Shown: positions 9,301 through 19,450, counted from the first letter of the stretch. The stretch: DNA of 64,000 nt from an uncultured Clostridia bacterium (GCA_963931445.1 OZ007016.1:129546-193545), one strand, 5' to 3'. Made by a program: numbers and translations. The notes: generated by a model from the letters alone, not told the origin.

Positions 9301-10716
9301 AATAATTTAGGCGCAGTAAGAATAAGAATTAGATCTCTTTTGGCAAGTATGAATAAGCGTCTTGCTAATAAAGAAAATCTAAAGGGCGATGGAAATTACG
9401 AAGTAACTAAAAAAATATTTACAAAAGATATGAAAAATGATTACACTATACTTATACCTCAAATGGCACCAATACATTTTGAATTATTAGAAGCAGCTGT
9501 TCGTTCTTCTGGATATAAAGTTGAATTATTAAGAGAATGCACAGAACATACAGTAGAAACTGGATTAAAATATGTAAATAATGATGCATGTTATCCATCA
9601 ATATTAGTAACTGGACAAATGATTGAAGCATTACAATCTGGAAAATATGATTTAAATAAAACAGCTTTAATAATGTCTCAAACAGGTGGAGGATGTAGAG
9701 CTACAAATTATATAGGATTTATTCGTAAAGCATTAAAAGATGCTGGATTTGAAAATATTCCTGTAATATCTTTTAATGTAGTTGGAATGGAAAAAATGCC
9801 TGGATTTAAAATAACTCTTCCTTTAATTGAAAGGTTATTAAAAATGGTAGTATATGCAGATTTATTGCAAAAAATGCTTACTAAAAACAGAGCTTATGAA
9901 GTTAATAAAGGAGAAACTCAAGCATTATTTGATTCATGGATGGAAAGATGCAAAAAATTATTAGAAAAATCAACAATGCAACAATTTAAACAAAGTATTT
10001 ATGACATAGTTAATGATTTTGAAAAAATAGAATTAGATACATCTATAGAAAAGCCTAAAGTTGGTATTGTTGGTGAAGTATTAATAAAATACCATCCTTT
10101 TGGAAATAATTTTATTGCAAATAAATTAGAAGAAGAAGGTGCAGAAGTTATTCTTCCTGATTTTATGGGATTTGTAAAATTTATAGCCACACATAAAATA
10201 ACCTTTAATCAGTTGATAAAGGTAGATAAATTTAAAGCTAAATTATTTAAAACTGCAATTAAATTAATAGATATATTAGAAAAAGATGCCAAAATAGCCT
10301 TATCGAATTCTAAAAAAGGTTATTTACCAACATGTGATATATGGGAATTAGAAAATAAAGTAAAAAATATACTTTCTATAGGAAATCAAACTGGAGAAGG
10401 ATGGTTTTTAACTGCAGAAATGATAGAATATATAGAGCATGGTATACCAAACATAGCTTGTGTACAACCTTTTGCTTGTCTTCCAAACCATGTTGTTGGA
10501 AAAGGCGTAATTAAAACAATTAGAGATTTATATCCTGAAGCTAATATATCACCTATAGATTATGATCCCGGTGCAAGTGAAGCAAATCAAACTAATAGAA
10601 TAAAATTGCTTATGACAGTAGCTAAGGATAATTTAAAGAAAAAAGAATTAGAAAAAACTGCTATAAATAACGAAAATATCAAAGGAAAAAATAAAACAAA
10701 AATAAAACAAAAATAA
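6394..10716 (+). CDS. fused 2-hydroxyacyl-CoA dehydratase activase-like protein: two BadF/BadG/BcrA/BcrD actin-fold ATPase domains followed by a DUF2229/HgdB-like dehydratase domain. The tool ORF opens at 6364; start taken at 6394 (MSNLLHIGLD), which follows SD gaaaggaag.
   Basis: Two ASKHA P-loops (LHIGLDVGSTTVKIVVMD and CYVGIDAGSTTTKLTLID). The Cys-rich C-terminal region is typical of the ~1400-aa CoA-substrate-specific enzyme activase fusions found in Clostridia. Confidence 0.7.
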   Translation: MSNLLHIGLDVGSTTVKIVVMDSELNTIYRNYQRHFSDTKNTVCNVLEDLAEKYPNFEFTIALTGSGAMSAAKFLDLPFIQEVVSCKRAVEKYIPKTDVVIELGGEDAKIIYFDKSIEQRMNGTCAGGTGAFIDQMASLLNTDPTGLNELAKNYKMIYPIASRCGVFAKTDIQPLLNEGAAKEDIAVSIFQAVVNQTISGLACGRPIRGNVAFLGGPLNYLSELRNRFIETLKLKDDQIILPEEAHLLVAKGAALDSIDSHSITVEKLKSKIEVLKVSHDDTSNPLSPLFSIDADYEEFKNRHNKDTVEKRDLSTFEGDCYVGIDAGSTTTKLTLIDSDGKLLYSLYGSNEGNPLQSVIKALKKLYSVLPEKAAIRYSGVTGYGEKLIQTALNVDLNEIETIAHYTAAKKFMPNVTSIVDIGGQDMKYIKMKNGAIDNIMLNEACSSGCGSFIETFAKSLNLSIEEFVKSAIEARRPVDLGSRCTVFMNSKIKQAQKEGYSVGDISAGLSYSVIKNAIQKVMKVRDVKKLGAHIVVQGGTFYNDAVLRAFELIVGRNVVRPDIAGLMGAYGVALLAKEQYEANLDMEYKSTITKLEDLDNLKIDISHIRCNGCENHCLLTINKFSNGTKYISGNRCEKGAGIVGGVNELPNLIKYKYERIFGYTPLEEKDAPRGTIGIPRVLNMYEDYPFWFTFLTNLGFRVILSEKSNRKTYEKGMESMPSESVCFPAKLSHGHIIGLINKGIKTIFYPCMPYSRKEYKKADNHYNCPIVISYSEVLKNNVEEIKEKNIKFLNPFLPFDAKNLAKTILELPEFKEYNFTKKELMDAAKKAEEEYQNCKNDIHKKGQETLEYIEKNNLKGIVLAGRPYHVDPEVNHGIDTLITSLGLCVLTEDSISNQTEVKRPIRVVDQWVFHARLYAAADFVGKHDNLELVQLNSFGCGVDAVTTDQVEEILSSFGKMYTLIKIDEINNLGAVRIRIRSLLASMNKRLANKENLKGDGNYEVTKKIFTKDMKNDYTILIPQMAPIHFELLEAAVRSSGYKVELLRECTEHTVETGLKYVNNDACYPSILVTGQMIEALQSGKYDLNKTALIMSQTGGGCRATNYIGFIRKALKDAGFENIPVISFNVVGMEKMPGFKITLPLIERLLKMVVYADLLQKMLTKNRAYEVNKGETQALFDSWMERCKKLLEKSTMQQFKQSIYDIVNDFEKIELDTSIEKPKVGIVGEVLIKYHPFGNNFIANKLEEEGAEVILPDFMGFVKFIATHKITFNQLIKVDKFKAKLFKTAIKLIDILEKDAKIALSNSKKGYLPTCDIWELENKVKNILSIGNQTGEGWFLTAEMIEYIEHGIPNIACVQPFACLPNHVVGKGVIKTIRDLYPEANISPIDYDPGASEANQTNRIKLLMTVAKDNLKKKELEKTAINNENIKGKNKTKIKQK

Positions 10717-10740
10717 ATATGAATACCAAATGTAGATAGT

Positions 10741-10772
10741 AAGGTAGAAAAATTTAACAGTTTTCTACCTTA
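10741..10772 (+). terminator. rho-independent terminator after the activase gene
   Basis: Hairpin aaggtagaaaa...ttttctacctt followed by a T-run. Confidence 0.6.
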
Positions 10773-10789
10773 TTTTTTTAGTCATAGAA

Positions 10790-10868
10790 GAAAAGTGTCT
10801 TCTCCAAATGAGCGTTTTGCTTTGCAAATACGCTCGTCCCAAGGAAACTTAACCTTGTTGTATAGAAA
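10790..10868 (+). repeat. structured intergenic repeat, copy B (partial: left half only)
   Basis: Contains gagcgttttgctttgcaaatacgctc + ccaaggaaacttaaccttgttgtataga, then stops at the boundary of the AT-rich macro-repeat. Confidence 0.65.
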
Positions 10869-10899
10869 AAATAAATACAAAATTAATTTTAAAAATAAA

Positions 10900-11835
10900 A
10901 AATTTAAAACTTCCTATTTTTTTATAAATTTTTATAAATATTTTTTAATTTATTTTTTAATTTTTTTTTAATTTTTTATTATATTCATTTTTACATTTAT
11001 TTTTTATTATTATTAATATAATTTAAAATTAATTATTTTTTATTATTTATTTTTTTATAAATATTTTTTAATTTTTTTATTCTATTTAATTAATTATATG
11101 TTTTTGTTTTAACAATTTTTCTTATTAATTTTTTTAACAGTTTTAAAACTATAACTTTCTTTATTTTAGCCTTAGGTTTGTCATTTAGGTAATTGTGTTA
11201 TTCTTTATATAAATATTTGCCATTTTAATTTTCAGTTGCTTTTCATAAACTTTATTAAAGTTATTTGGGTATTATCTTTATGTTTACTATGCTTCTTTTC
11301 AAAAATATTTTTGTTTATTTTTTTATTTATCAGTAATCCGTTATATTATTTTTAATAATATTTACTTTTTTTATTTATTTTATAAACAAAAGTATTCACA
11401 TTTTTGTTTACTTTTAATTATTTTTTTATTTATTTTTCTTAACTATTTTTCTTCTGTATATTAAATTTTAAGATTTTTATGCCTTTTTGACAATTTCTTA
11501 TTATTTTTTCTATTAGTTTTTTAAGATTTTAATATTTTATTTTTTACTATTTTTTATGGAACATATTTTTTATTTTTTAATTTTTTATTTATTAATTTAT
11601 TTATTTTTATTATTAATAATATATTTTAAATTAATTATTTATTTTATAATATTTTTTTAATAATTATTTTTATAAATATTTTTTAATTTATTTTTTAATT
11701 TTTTTTTAATTTTTTATTATATTTATTTTTACATTTATTTTTTATTATTATTAATATAATTTAAAATTAATTATTTTTTATTATTTATTTTTTTATAAAT
11801 ATTTTTTAATTTTTTTATTTTAATAAGTTTATATA
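10900..11835. repeat. extremely AT-rich noncoding macro-repeat, block R1 (~1.3 copies of a ~730-bp unit)
   Basis: The same long sequence, for example ...ttctatttaattaattatatgtttttgttttaacaatttttcttattaa...gccttaggtttgtcatttag..., recurs at 15100-16570. Internal recurrence period is about 748 bp. Confidence 0.85.
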
Positions 11836-11913
11836 ATTATATAAATTATTATTTTTTACTTGTTTTTTTTTATTATTCACGATATAATGTTATTTACTAA
11901 TAGGAGGTATAAC

Positions 11914-12468
11914 ATGCTACTAGGATTAGCTGGTGTTTCAGGAGTAGGAAAATCATTTTTTAAAGATAAACTAGTCGAAAAATTAAATTTTGAAAAGATT
12001 AAAATTATAACAACTCGTAAAATAAGAAATACTGAAAAAAATAATGAAGATAAAGTTTTTGTTACAAATAAAGATTTAGCCAATCTAAGAAATTCAAACA
12101 AACTTGCTTATGAATTTAATATGCTCGGAAATATTTATGCATATACAAATGAAGAACTTTTTTCTAATAAAAATACAGTTTTTGAATTACATTACAATAC
12201 AATATATGATTTTAAAAAAATCTGTCCAAATCTTTGTTCAATATATATTATGCCAAATAATATAAAAATACCAAAAGAACAAATAAAAAAAAGGCATTTA
12301 GATCCGGATACAGAAAAAAAACGATTACTAGAAATTGATGAACATTATAACAATATACTTTCAAATGAAAATTTAAGAAATCAATTTAATTATTTTTTTA
12401 AAAATAATTATGATAAAGAATCTGAAAATAAATTTATAAATTTAATTAAAGAATTAATAAATAACTAG
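11914..12468 (+). CDS. P-loop NMP-kinase-like protein (guanylate-kinase-like). The tool ORF opens at 11860; start taken at the ATG after SD taggagg.
   Basis: Walker A GVSGVGKS. A TTR(K) motif about 30 residues downstream (IITTRKIRNTE) resembles the guanylate kinase family. Confidence 0.45.
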   Translation: MLLGLAGVSGVGKSFFKDKLVEKLNFEKIKIITTRKIRNTEKNNEDKVFVTNKDLANLRNSNKLAYEFNMLGNIYAYTNEELFSNKNTVFELHYNTIYDFKKICPNLCSIYIMPNNIKIPKEQIKKRHLDPDTEKKRLLEIDEHYNNILSNENLRNQFNYFFKNNYDKESENKFINLIKELINN

Positions 12469-12480
12469 GAGTATGAAATT

Positions 12481-13315
12481 ATGGTTAAAAACTATTTTTC
12501 ACTTGATGAAGATTTTACAAAAATAATAATAAAATCATTGCCAAATAAGGAAATTATTAAAATAAAACCTATATCTACAGGTTGGACAAATATTGTTTTT
12601 GAAGTAACTACCAATTTACGGAAATTATTTTTTTAGATTTCCAAGGGATAACTTTTGGATTAGAACTATTGTAAAAGATTATGAGTTTTCTAAATACATA
12701 AATGGTAAGACTGATTTTAAAACTGTTGAACTTCATCTATTATATGATAACGGCAGACCGTATAGTATTCATAAAAAAATAGATGGAACTGTTTTAGCTG
12801 ATATAATGGATGACTTGTCTACTGAAGAAATTAAAATTGTGACAAAAGATATATCTAAATTTATGTATCAATTACATAATATCAAATTTCAAAATAATGA
12901 AGTATTTAACACCAAAAATATAGGTTTAAATTTAACCGATTTTTTAGATGAATTACTTGATTTACATGTATCACCAGAAGATAAAGTATTTTGGAAATAT
13001 GAGGAATTTAAAAAGAAAGATCATAATGTTCTTGTTCATGGTGATTTAAATTCAAGTAACATATTACTTGATGAAAATAAACATATTGCAGCTGTTATTG
13101 ATTTTGGTTTTGGAGGTTTTGGAAATCCATATTTTGATATAGCTCGTATTATCGGAAGATGCCCTTCTTCTTTTAAGAATGAAATTATTACAAGCTATGA
13201 ACAAATATCAAATAAACATTTAAATTTCCCTATCTTAAATACTGAAATTAAAATCTGGGATAATATAGACAATTCATATATTAACTATATGAGAAAAATA
13301 GGAATTTATAATTAA
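12481..13315 (+). pseudogene. aminoglycoside/choline-kinase-type phosphotransferase (APH family), frameshifted
   Basis: The first frame ends ...TGWTNIVFEVTTNLRKLFF* at 12634-12636. The +1 frame continues GNYFFRFPRDNFWIRTIV... to Brenner motif HGDLNSSNILLD and DFGFGG. A single-base frame change lies near the T-run at about 12620. Confidence 0.65.
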
Positions 13316-13340
13316 AGTAATACTTTTGTATTACTTTTTA
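13316..13340 (+). terminator. hairpin terminator after the APH pseudogene
   Basis: agtaatacttttgtattact followed by a T-run. Confidence 0.45.
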
Positions 13341-13513
13341 TTTTTATAGTATAAATATGTATAACTATATTTTTACTATAAATAATTTTTTAAAATATTA
13401 ATATTAAATTTTAAAAATCACAAACTTCTTTATTTTATAAATTTTTTATAACTACTTTTCTCTTTTTACAAAACAAAAAAAGATATGAAATCAATCTGTT
13501 TCATATCTTGTAA

Positions 13514-13604
13514 TGGCGGAAGCTGAGGGATTTGAACCCTCGCGGCCCTTACGAACCCTAACAGTTTAGCAAACTGTCCCCTTCAACCACTTGGGTAAGC
13601 CTCC
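13514..13604 (-). tRNA. tRNA-Ser (anticodon GCT)
   Basis: The reverse complement folds as ggaggcttacccaagtggttgaagggg...tttGCTaaa...long variable arm...ggttcaaatccctcagcttccgcca, with an encoded CCA. Confidence 0.85.
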
Positions 13605-13653
13605 ATATAATTATAGAAGCTAGATAATATCTCTTCTCTAACTTCTATTAATT

Positions 13654-13745
<92 letters not shown>

Positions 13746-13836
13746 AAGTCTTATTTTTGAAATAATGACAATATATATATTACCACATTTTTAATTGTAT
13801 TGTCAATAGAATTTGTTACAAATATTATACAATTTT

Positions 13837-15065
13837 GTATATGTGTCAATGATGTGAAACAAACTATTATAAAAAAATTGTAGTATATTGAATCTACTTA
13901 AGAAAAATATAATAAATTAACATTCCGCTTGGCTCCATGCATGACTTTATTACATTTTTCTTAAGTTTATAAATTTTATGCTACTGCTAATTCTAGTTCT
14001 TCCCTTTTTTCTTTTGGTGTTAAATATCCTAATACTGCCATTGGTATATTGTTTGATCTTTTTAAATATGCTTTTCCTTGCTTTATTAAGTCTTCTAAGC
14101 TATAGAATTTTAAATAACTATAAAATCTTTCATTATCATTTCTATGGCTTCTCTCTACTTTTCCATTATGTTCTGGTGTCCTTGGTCTTATCTTGTAATG
14201 CCTTATTTCTAATTTCTTCAATAATGTATCCATTGGATGTTCTTTCTTTACTTTTGCTTGATTGTAGCTAAATTCTGTTCCATTATCTGTTTGTATTGTC
14301 TTTGGTTTATAGCCAAAGTACTCTACGCATCTTTTTACAAAATCTACTGTATTTGTTGGAGTTAACTCTTCATACCACCATAAAAATCTTTCTCTACTTG
14401 CTTCATCTATGCATGTATATTGATAATATTGTTTATCTTCTGGCAATTTTACTTTGCATTCATTTGGTACATATTTTGCATCTATTTGCCATTTTTCTCC
14501 TATATTTTTTGGCGTTTCATATTTTTTATTATGTTTCTTTTTGGATGTATTTTTTATATTCATTCCCTTGTAAAACTTTATATTTAGCCTTTTCATTACT
14601 CTATACAATGATGTTATTTTCCTTGTATATCCTTTTTCTCTCTTTAGCTTCGCCCATAATTCGCATAGCGTTATTCTTGGGTTTCTTCTTACATAATTTC
14701 TTATCCAACGTATTTCTTGATTTGTGTGCGATTTTGGATGGCGTGTTTTGGGTTTATGGCTCTTATCTTCTAGGCTTTCTTTTGTTCCATTGTACTTTTT
14801 TAACCATCTCCATAATGAAATTCTTGATATATGATATTTTCTACATGTATACTCTATATCTCCGTTATTCATATATGTTTTTACTGCATTTTCTTTTGTT
14901 TTTAAATCATGTGGTAAATATCTCTTGGTATTTTTTGAATTTTGTGTTATACTATCCATAAGTGATTCAAGTCCTTTCGTATAATTTTTATTTTCAACAA
15001 TTCAATTATACTACTTGAATCACTTTTTTTCTACTTCTTTTGTTTCACATCAATTGTAACACTAC
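13837..15065 (-). mobile_element. insertion sequence (~1229 bp) with ~28-bp imperfect terminal inverted repeats ending in ...gatgtgaaac, flanked by perfect 27-bp direct repeats (13810-13836 and 15066-15092)
   Basis: Left end gtatatgtgtcaatgatgtgaaac; right end gtttcacatcaattgtaacactac. Direct repeat aatttgttacaaatattatacaatttt lies on both sides. Contains a single transposase ORF. Confidence 0.75.
13976..14959 (-). CDS. DDE transposase with an integrase (rve) catalytic core and an N-terminal HTH (IS481/IS3-superfamily-like)
   Basis: Catalytic residues in WQIDAKYV, IQTDNGTEF and HNGKVERSHR. 327 aa. Confidence 0.7.
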   Translation of the reverse strand: MDSITQNSKNTKRYLPHDLKTKENAVKTYMNNGDIEYTCRKYHISRISLWRWLKKYNGTKESLEDKSHKPKTRHPKSHTNQEIRWIRNYVRRNPRITLCELWAKLKREKGYTRKITSLYRVMKRLNIKFYKGMNIKNTSKKKHNKKYETPKNIGEKWQIDAKYVPNECKVKLPEDKQYYQYTCIDEASRERFLWWYEELTPTNTVDFVKRCVEYFGYKPKTIQTDNGTEFSYNQAKVKKEHPMDTLLKKLEIRHYKIRPRTPEHNGKVERSHRNDNERFYSYLKFYSLEDLIKQGKAYLKRSNNIPMAVLGYLTPKEKREELELAVA

Positions 15066-15099
15066 AATTTGTTACAAATATTATACAATTTTATAATTT

Positions 15100-16800
15100 T
15101 CTTTTTTATCTTTTATAATGTAAAAATAATATAATTATTTTATTTATTAATTTAATTATTTATTTTATAATATTTTTTTTATAATTATTTTTATAAATAT
15201 TTTTTAATTTTTTTTTAATTTTTTTTTAATTTTTTATTATATTTATTTTTACATTTATTTTTTATTATTATTAATATAATTTAAAATTAATTATTTTTTA
15301 TTATTTATTTTTTTATAAATATTTTTTAATTTTTTTATTCTATTTAATTAATTATATGTTTTTGTTTTAACAATTTTTCTTATTAATTTTTTTCACAGTT
15401 TTAAAAATATAACTTTCTTTATTTTAGCCTTAGGTTTGTCATTTAAGCAATTGTGTTATTCTTTATATAAATATTTGCCATTTTAATTTTCAGTTGCTTT
15501 TCATAAACTTTATTAAAGTTATTTGATTATTATCTTTATGTTTACTATGCTTCTTTTCAAAAAAATTTTTGTTTATTTTTTTATTTATCACTAATCCGTT
15601 ATATTATTTTTAATAATATTTACTTTTTTTATTTATTTTATAAACAAAAGTATTCACATTTTTGTTTACTTTTAATTATTTTTTTATTTATTTTTCTTAA
15701 CTATTTTTCTTCTGTATATTAAATTTTAAGATTTTTATGCCTTTTTGACAATTTCTTATTATTTTTTCTATTAGTTTTTTAAGATTTTAATATTTTATTT
15801 TTTACTATTTTTTATGAAACATATTTTTTTATATTTTAATTATTTATTTATTAATTTATTTATTTTTATTATTAATAATATATTTTAAATTAATTATTTA
15901 TTTTATAATATTTTTTTTATAATTATTTTTATAAATATTTTTTAATTTTTTTTTAATTTTTTATTATATTTATTTTTACATTTATTTTTTATTATTATTA
16001 ATATAATTTAAAATTAATTATTTTTTATTATTTATTTTTTTATAAATATTTTTTAATTTTTTTATTCTATTTAATTAATTATATGTTTTTGTTTTAACAA
16101 TTTTTCTTATTAATTTTTTTCACAGTTTTAAAAATATAACTTTCCTTATTTTAGCCTTAGGTTTGTCATTTAAGCAATTGTGTTATTCTTTATATAAATA
16201 TTTGCCATTTTAATTTTCAGTTACTTTTCATAAACTTTATTAAAGTTATTTGATTATTATCTTTATGTTTACTATGCTTCTTTTCAAAAAAATTTTTGTT
16301 TATTTTTTTATTTATCACTAATCCGTTATATTATTTTTAATAATATTTACTTTTTTTATTTATTTTATGTTTCTAAATTTTCATATTTTTGTTTACTTTT
16401 TATTATTTTTTTATTTGTTTTTCTTAACTATTTTAATCCTTAATATTAATTTAAATTTTTTTCATACCTTTTTGACAATTTTTTATTATTTTTTCTATTA
16501 GTTTTTTAAGATTTTAATATTTTATTTTTTAGTATTTTTTATGGAACATATTTTTTTATATTTTAATTATTTATTTATTAAATTAATTATTTTTATTTAA
16601 AATTATATTATTAAATTAAATATTAATTTAATAATATAATTTTAATAATTATTTCAATAAATATTTATTAATTTATTTTTTAATTTTTATTTACTATTAA
16701 TTATTTATTATTTATTTATTACATTTATTTATTATTTATTTTATAATGTACAAAAAAATAATTTTTTATATATTAATATTTTGCATATATAAAAAATTAT
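15100..16800. repeat. extremely AT-rich noncoding macro-repeat, block R2 (two full ~727-bp units at 15125-16570 plus a diverged partial unit)
   Basis: The marker gccattttaattttcag recurs at about 15477 and about 16204, giving a period of 727 bp. Nearly identical to block R1. Confidence 0.85.
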
Positions 16801-16807
16801 TTTTTTA

Positions 16808-17308
16808 TTATTTTATATTATTTATTGCTTTATTGATAGCTTCTTTTTCTTCTTCTGATAATATATGTTTTGAAATTCCTTTTTCTATAGGTTTTGCATA
16901 TATATTTGAATTGTCTCTAGCATATATTCCACTTAACACTACTCCAGTGTTATAATCATCTAATAATGCTATAGAAAAACTTAAATCACTACCTACATCT
17001 TTAAATGCATTATATCTTACAATTCCTATTTTTTGAGTACATCTTTTAATATTATCATCCATTACTTTACAATATGATATTATTTCTTCATTCTTTTTTT
17101 CTAATTTTTCTACCTTTATTATATAGTCTCTCATAATTTCTTCTATATTATTTCCATTACCTAATTTATTCATAAATTTAGAATAACTTGTTCGTAATTT
17201 TTTTAAATTTATTACATTTATAATATATAGCACACATAATACATCTACTAATATAAATAATATAAAGAAAAAAAATTCTGATTTAAAAAAATTAAAAAAT
17301 ATATCCAC
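16808..17308 (-). CDS. DUF4446-family protein (conserved partner downstream of parB in Clostridia). GTG start.
   Basis: N-terminal TM then a coiled-coil region. Position immediately after spo0J. Confidence 0.5.
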   Translation of the reverse strand: MDIFFNFFKSEFFFFILFILVDVLCVLYIINVINLKKLRTSYSKFMNKLGNGNNIEEIMRDYIIKVEKLEKKNEEIISYCKVMDDNIKRCTQKIGIVRYNAFKDVGSDLSFSIALLDDYNTGVVLSGIYARDNSNIYAKPIEKGISKHILSEEEKEAINKAINNIK

Positions 17309-17331
17309 TTTAATTTTCCTTTCGACTTTTC

Positions 17332-18177
17332 TTATTTAATTAATCCTAATATTCTTTCTAAATCATCGTATGAAGAATATTGAATAATTATTTTTCCAGA
17401 CTTCTTTTTAGCATCTAATTTTACCTTTGTCCCAAAAAATCCTTGAAAAGAATCTTCTATATCTCTATAAATCGCTTCTAACTTAGGATTATTTTTTTCT
17501 GATACTTTAGTATTTTTTATTTTTCTTTCTATATCTCTAACAGATTCTCCTCTTTCTATAATATTTAGTGCAGCTTTATATTGTCTTTCAGGATCTTCTA
17601 TAACAACTAAATTTCTACAATGCCCTTCTGTAAGTTTTCCTTCTTGTGCTAATTCTATTACTCGAGGATCTAAGTTTAATATTCTTACTGAATTTGCAAT
17701 ATTGCTTCTACTAATTCCAATTGAATCTGCTAACTCTTTTTGTGTCATTCCATAATCATCTATTAACTCTTTTAAACCTTTCGCTTTATCTATTGGATTC
17801 AAGTCAACTCTTTGTAAATTTTCAATTAATGCTATTTCTTTATTATTTCTTTGAGTAATATCATCTTTTATTATACATGGCATTTCAGTTAATCCAGCTT
17901 TTTTTGCCGCTCTCCATCTTCTTTCTCCTGCAACAATTTCGTAATAACTATCTTTTTTATTAACTATAATAGGCTGTAATACTCCATAAGTTTTTATTGA
18001 ATTTGCAAGTTCATCTAATGCTTCTTCATCAAATTTTTTTCTTGGTTGATCATTATTTGGTTCTATTTCTATTATTTTTATTTTGTGAATTTTATCAAAT
18101 GAATTTTCTTCTTCTTTTTGTAATAAATTTTCAGTAAATAATGCATCTAATCCTTTTCCTAATCCTGTTTTTTTCAT
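17332..18177 (-). CDS. spo0J: chromosome partitioning protein ParB/Spo0J. The tool ORF opens at 18195; start taken at MKKTGLGKGL, which follows an SD.
   Basis: GLGKGLDALF, ParB box IVAGERRWRAAKKAGL and an HTH. Confidence 0.9.
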   Translation of the reverse strand: MKKTGLGKGLDALFTENLLQKEEENSFDKIHKIKIIEIEPNNDQPRKKFDEEALDELANSIKTYGVLQPIIVNKKDSYYEIVAGERRWRAAKKAGLTEMPCIIKDDITQRNNKEIALIENLQRVDLNPIDKAKGLKELIDDYGMTQKELADSIGISRSNIANSVRILNLDPRVIELAQEGKLTEGHCRNLVVIEDPERQYKAALNIIERGESVRDIERKIKNTKVSEKNNPKLEAIYRDIEDSFQGFFGTKVKLDAKKKSGKIIIQYSSYDDLERILGLIK

Positions 18178-18240
18178 ATTAATCATTCCTTGCATATATA
18201 TTTAGGTTTTTATTATGGTTTTACCTATAAACCTTATATT

Positions 18241-19033
18241 TTATAATGCATGTTTTCCTCTTCCATCTGATTCATTTTTCTTTAAAAATTCTTTTACAAA
18301 TTTTTCATAGCTTTTAGCACCTTTAGACCTTGGATCATATATGCTTATAGGCATTCCATAACTTGGTGCTTCACTAAGTTTTACATTCCTAGGAATAACA
18401 TTTTTATATACTTTATCATTAAAATATTTTTTAACTTCTTTTACAACTTGATTTGATAGATTAGTTCGTACATCATACATTGTAAGTAATGCACCTTCGA
18501 TTTCAATATCTTTATTTAGGTGTTTTTTTACTAAGTTAATGGTATTTAATAATTGGCCTAACCCTTCTAAAGCGTAATATTCGCATTGTACTGGAATTAA
18601 TACACTATTTGAAGCTGTAAAAGCATTTAATGTAATTAATCCTAAAGATGGTGGACAATCTATAATAATAAAGTCATAATCATTTTTAATTTTATCCAGT
18701 TTTTCCTTTAGTCTATGTTCTCTTGACATTACAGAAACAAGTTCAACCTCAGCCCCAGCAAGATTTATATTCGATGGACATAAATTCAAGTTTTTAATGT
18801 TTGTCTTTTTGACAACATCACTTGCTTCTATTTCATTTATCAAAATATCATATACTGATAGTTCTACATCATTTCTATCAATTCCTACTCCACTAGATGC
18901 ATTTCCTTGAGGATCTGCATCTATTAGTAATACTTTTTTACCTTTTTTGGCAAGTATAGTACTTAAATTAACTGAAGTTGTAGTCTTTCCTACTCCTCCC
19001 TTTTGATTTGCTACTGAAATAATTTTACCCATA
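18241..19033 (-). CDS. soj: chromosome partitioning ATPase ParA/Soj. The tool ORF opens at 19089; start taken at MGKIISV, which follows SD aggagg.
   Basis: Deviant Walker A KGGVGKTTTSVNLS. Confidence 0.9.
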
Positions 19034-19124
19034 TTTATGCCTCCTAAAAATAACATATTAATAATATAAAATAATTTATAATATGTCAATAATATTTTTA
19101 TTTTTATTTTTATTTTTATTTTTT

Positions 19125-19450
19125 TATTGTATAGGAAAAATCGACTTTTTTCTTGATATCTCAGTATTCTTAAGGATTTTTGCTATACAACAAGGTTAGG
19201 CATCCTTAGACTGTCCGAGCGAAGCGAGTGACATGTATTTCGCACTTGCTCCAGAGGCATACTTGGCGAAATGCCTTTCTTATAATTAGCTTTATTATTA
19301 TTTGTTTAACTTAGATATAAGAAAAATAGCTTAGTAACATGCGCATTTTACTTTACAAATATGTAGAATCAGTAGGAACTTAACCTTGTTCTATAGTCAA
19401 AATTGGTCGATTTTTCTTTTGAAAATAAAATATTATTTTCACTTTAAGTT
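19125..19450 (+). repeat. structured intergenic repeat, copy C (composite; a full copy plus an extra right-end fragment) lying between rsmG and soj
   Basis: ttgtataggaaaaatcgactttt...cttgatatctcagta...ctatacaacaaggtta. A GC-richer variant hairpin region. A second aaccttgttctatag...gtcgattttt fragment at 19380-19420. Confidence 0.65.

Noticed and set aside
11860-11913. Upstream extension of the P-loop kinase ORF (MFFFIIHDIMLFTNRRYN...)
   Set aside because: The extension overlaps the end of the macro-repeat and has no RBS. The internal ATG at 11914 has a strong SD (taggagg) and starts directly at the Walker A region.
13978-14961. Plus-strand ORFs 13978..14271 and 14296..14961 (Leu/Phe-rich)
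   Set aside because: They are antisense to the DDE transposase, which has clear catalytic motifs. Their low-complexity hydrophobic translations are typical of reverse-strand artefacts in AT-rich DNA.
16746-16955. ORF 16746..16955 (+, 69 aa) and similar short ORFs at 5752..6045, 3658..3900, 4098..4295 and 45536..45817
   Set aside because: They fall inside the decayed macro-repeat or are antisense to well-supported genes. They have no RBS and no family resemblance.
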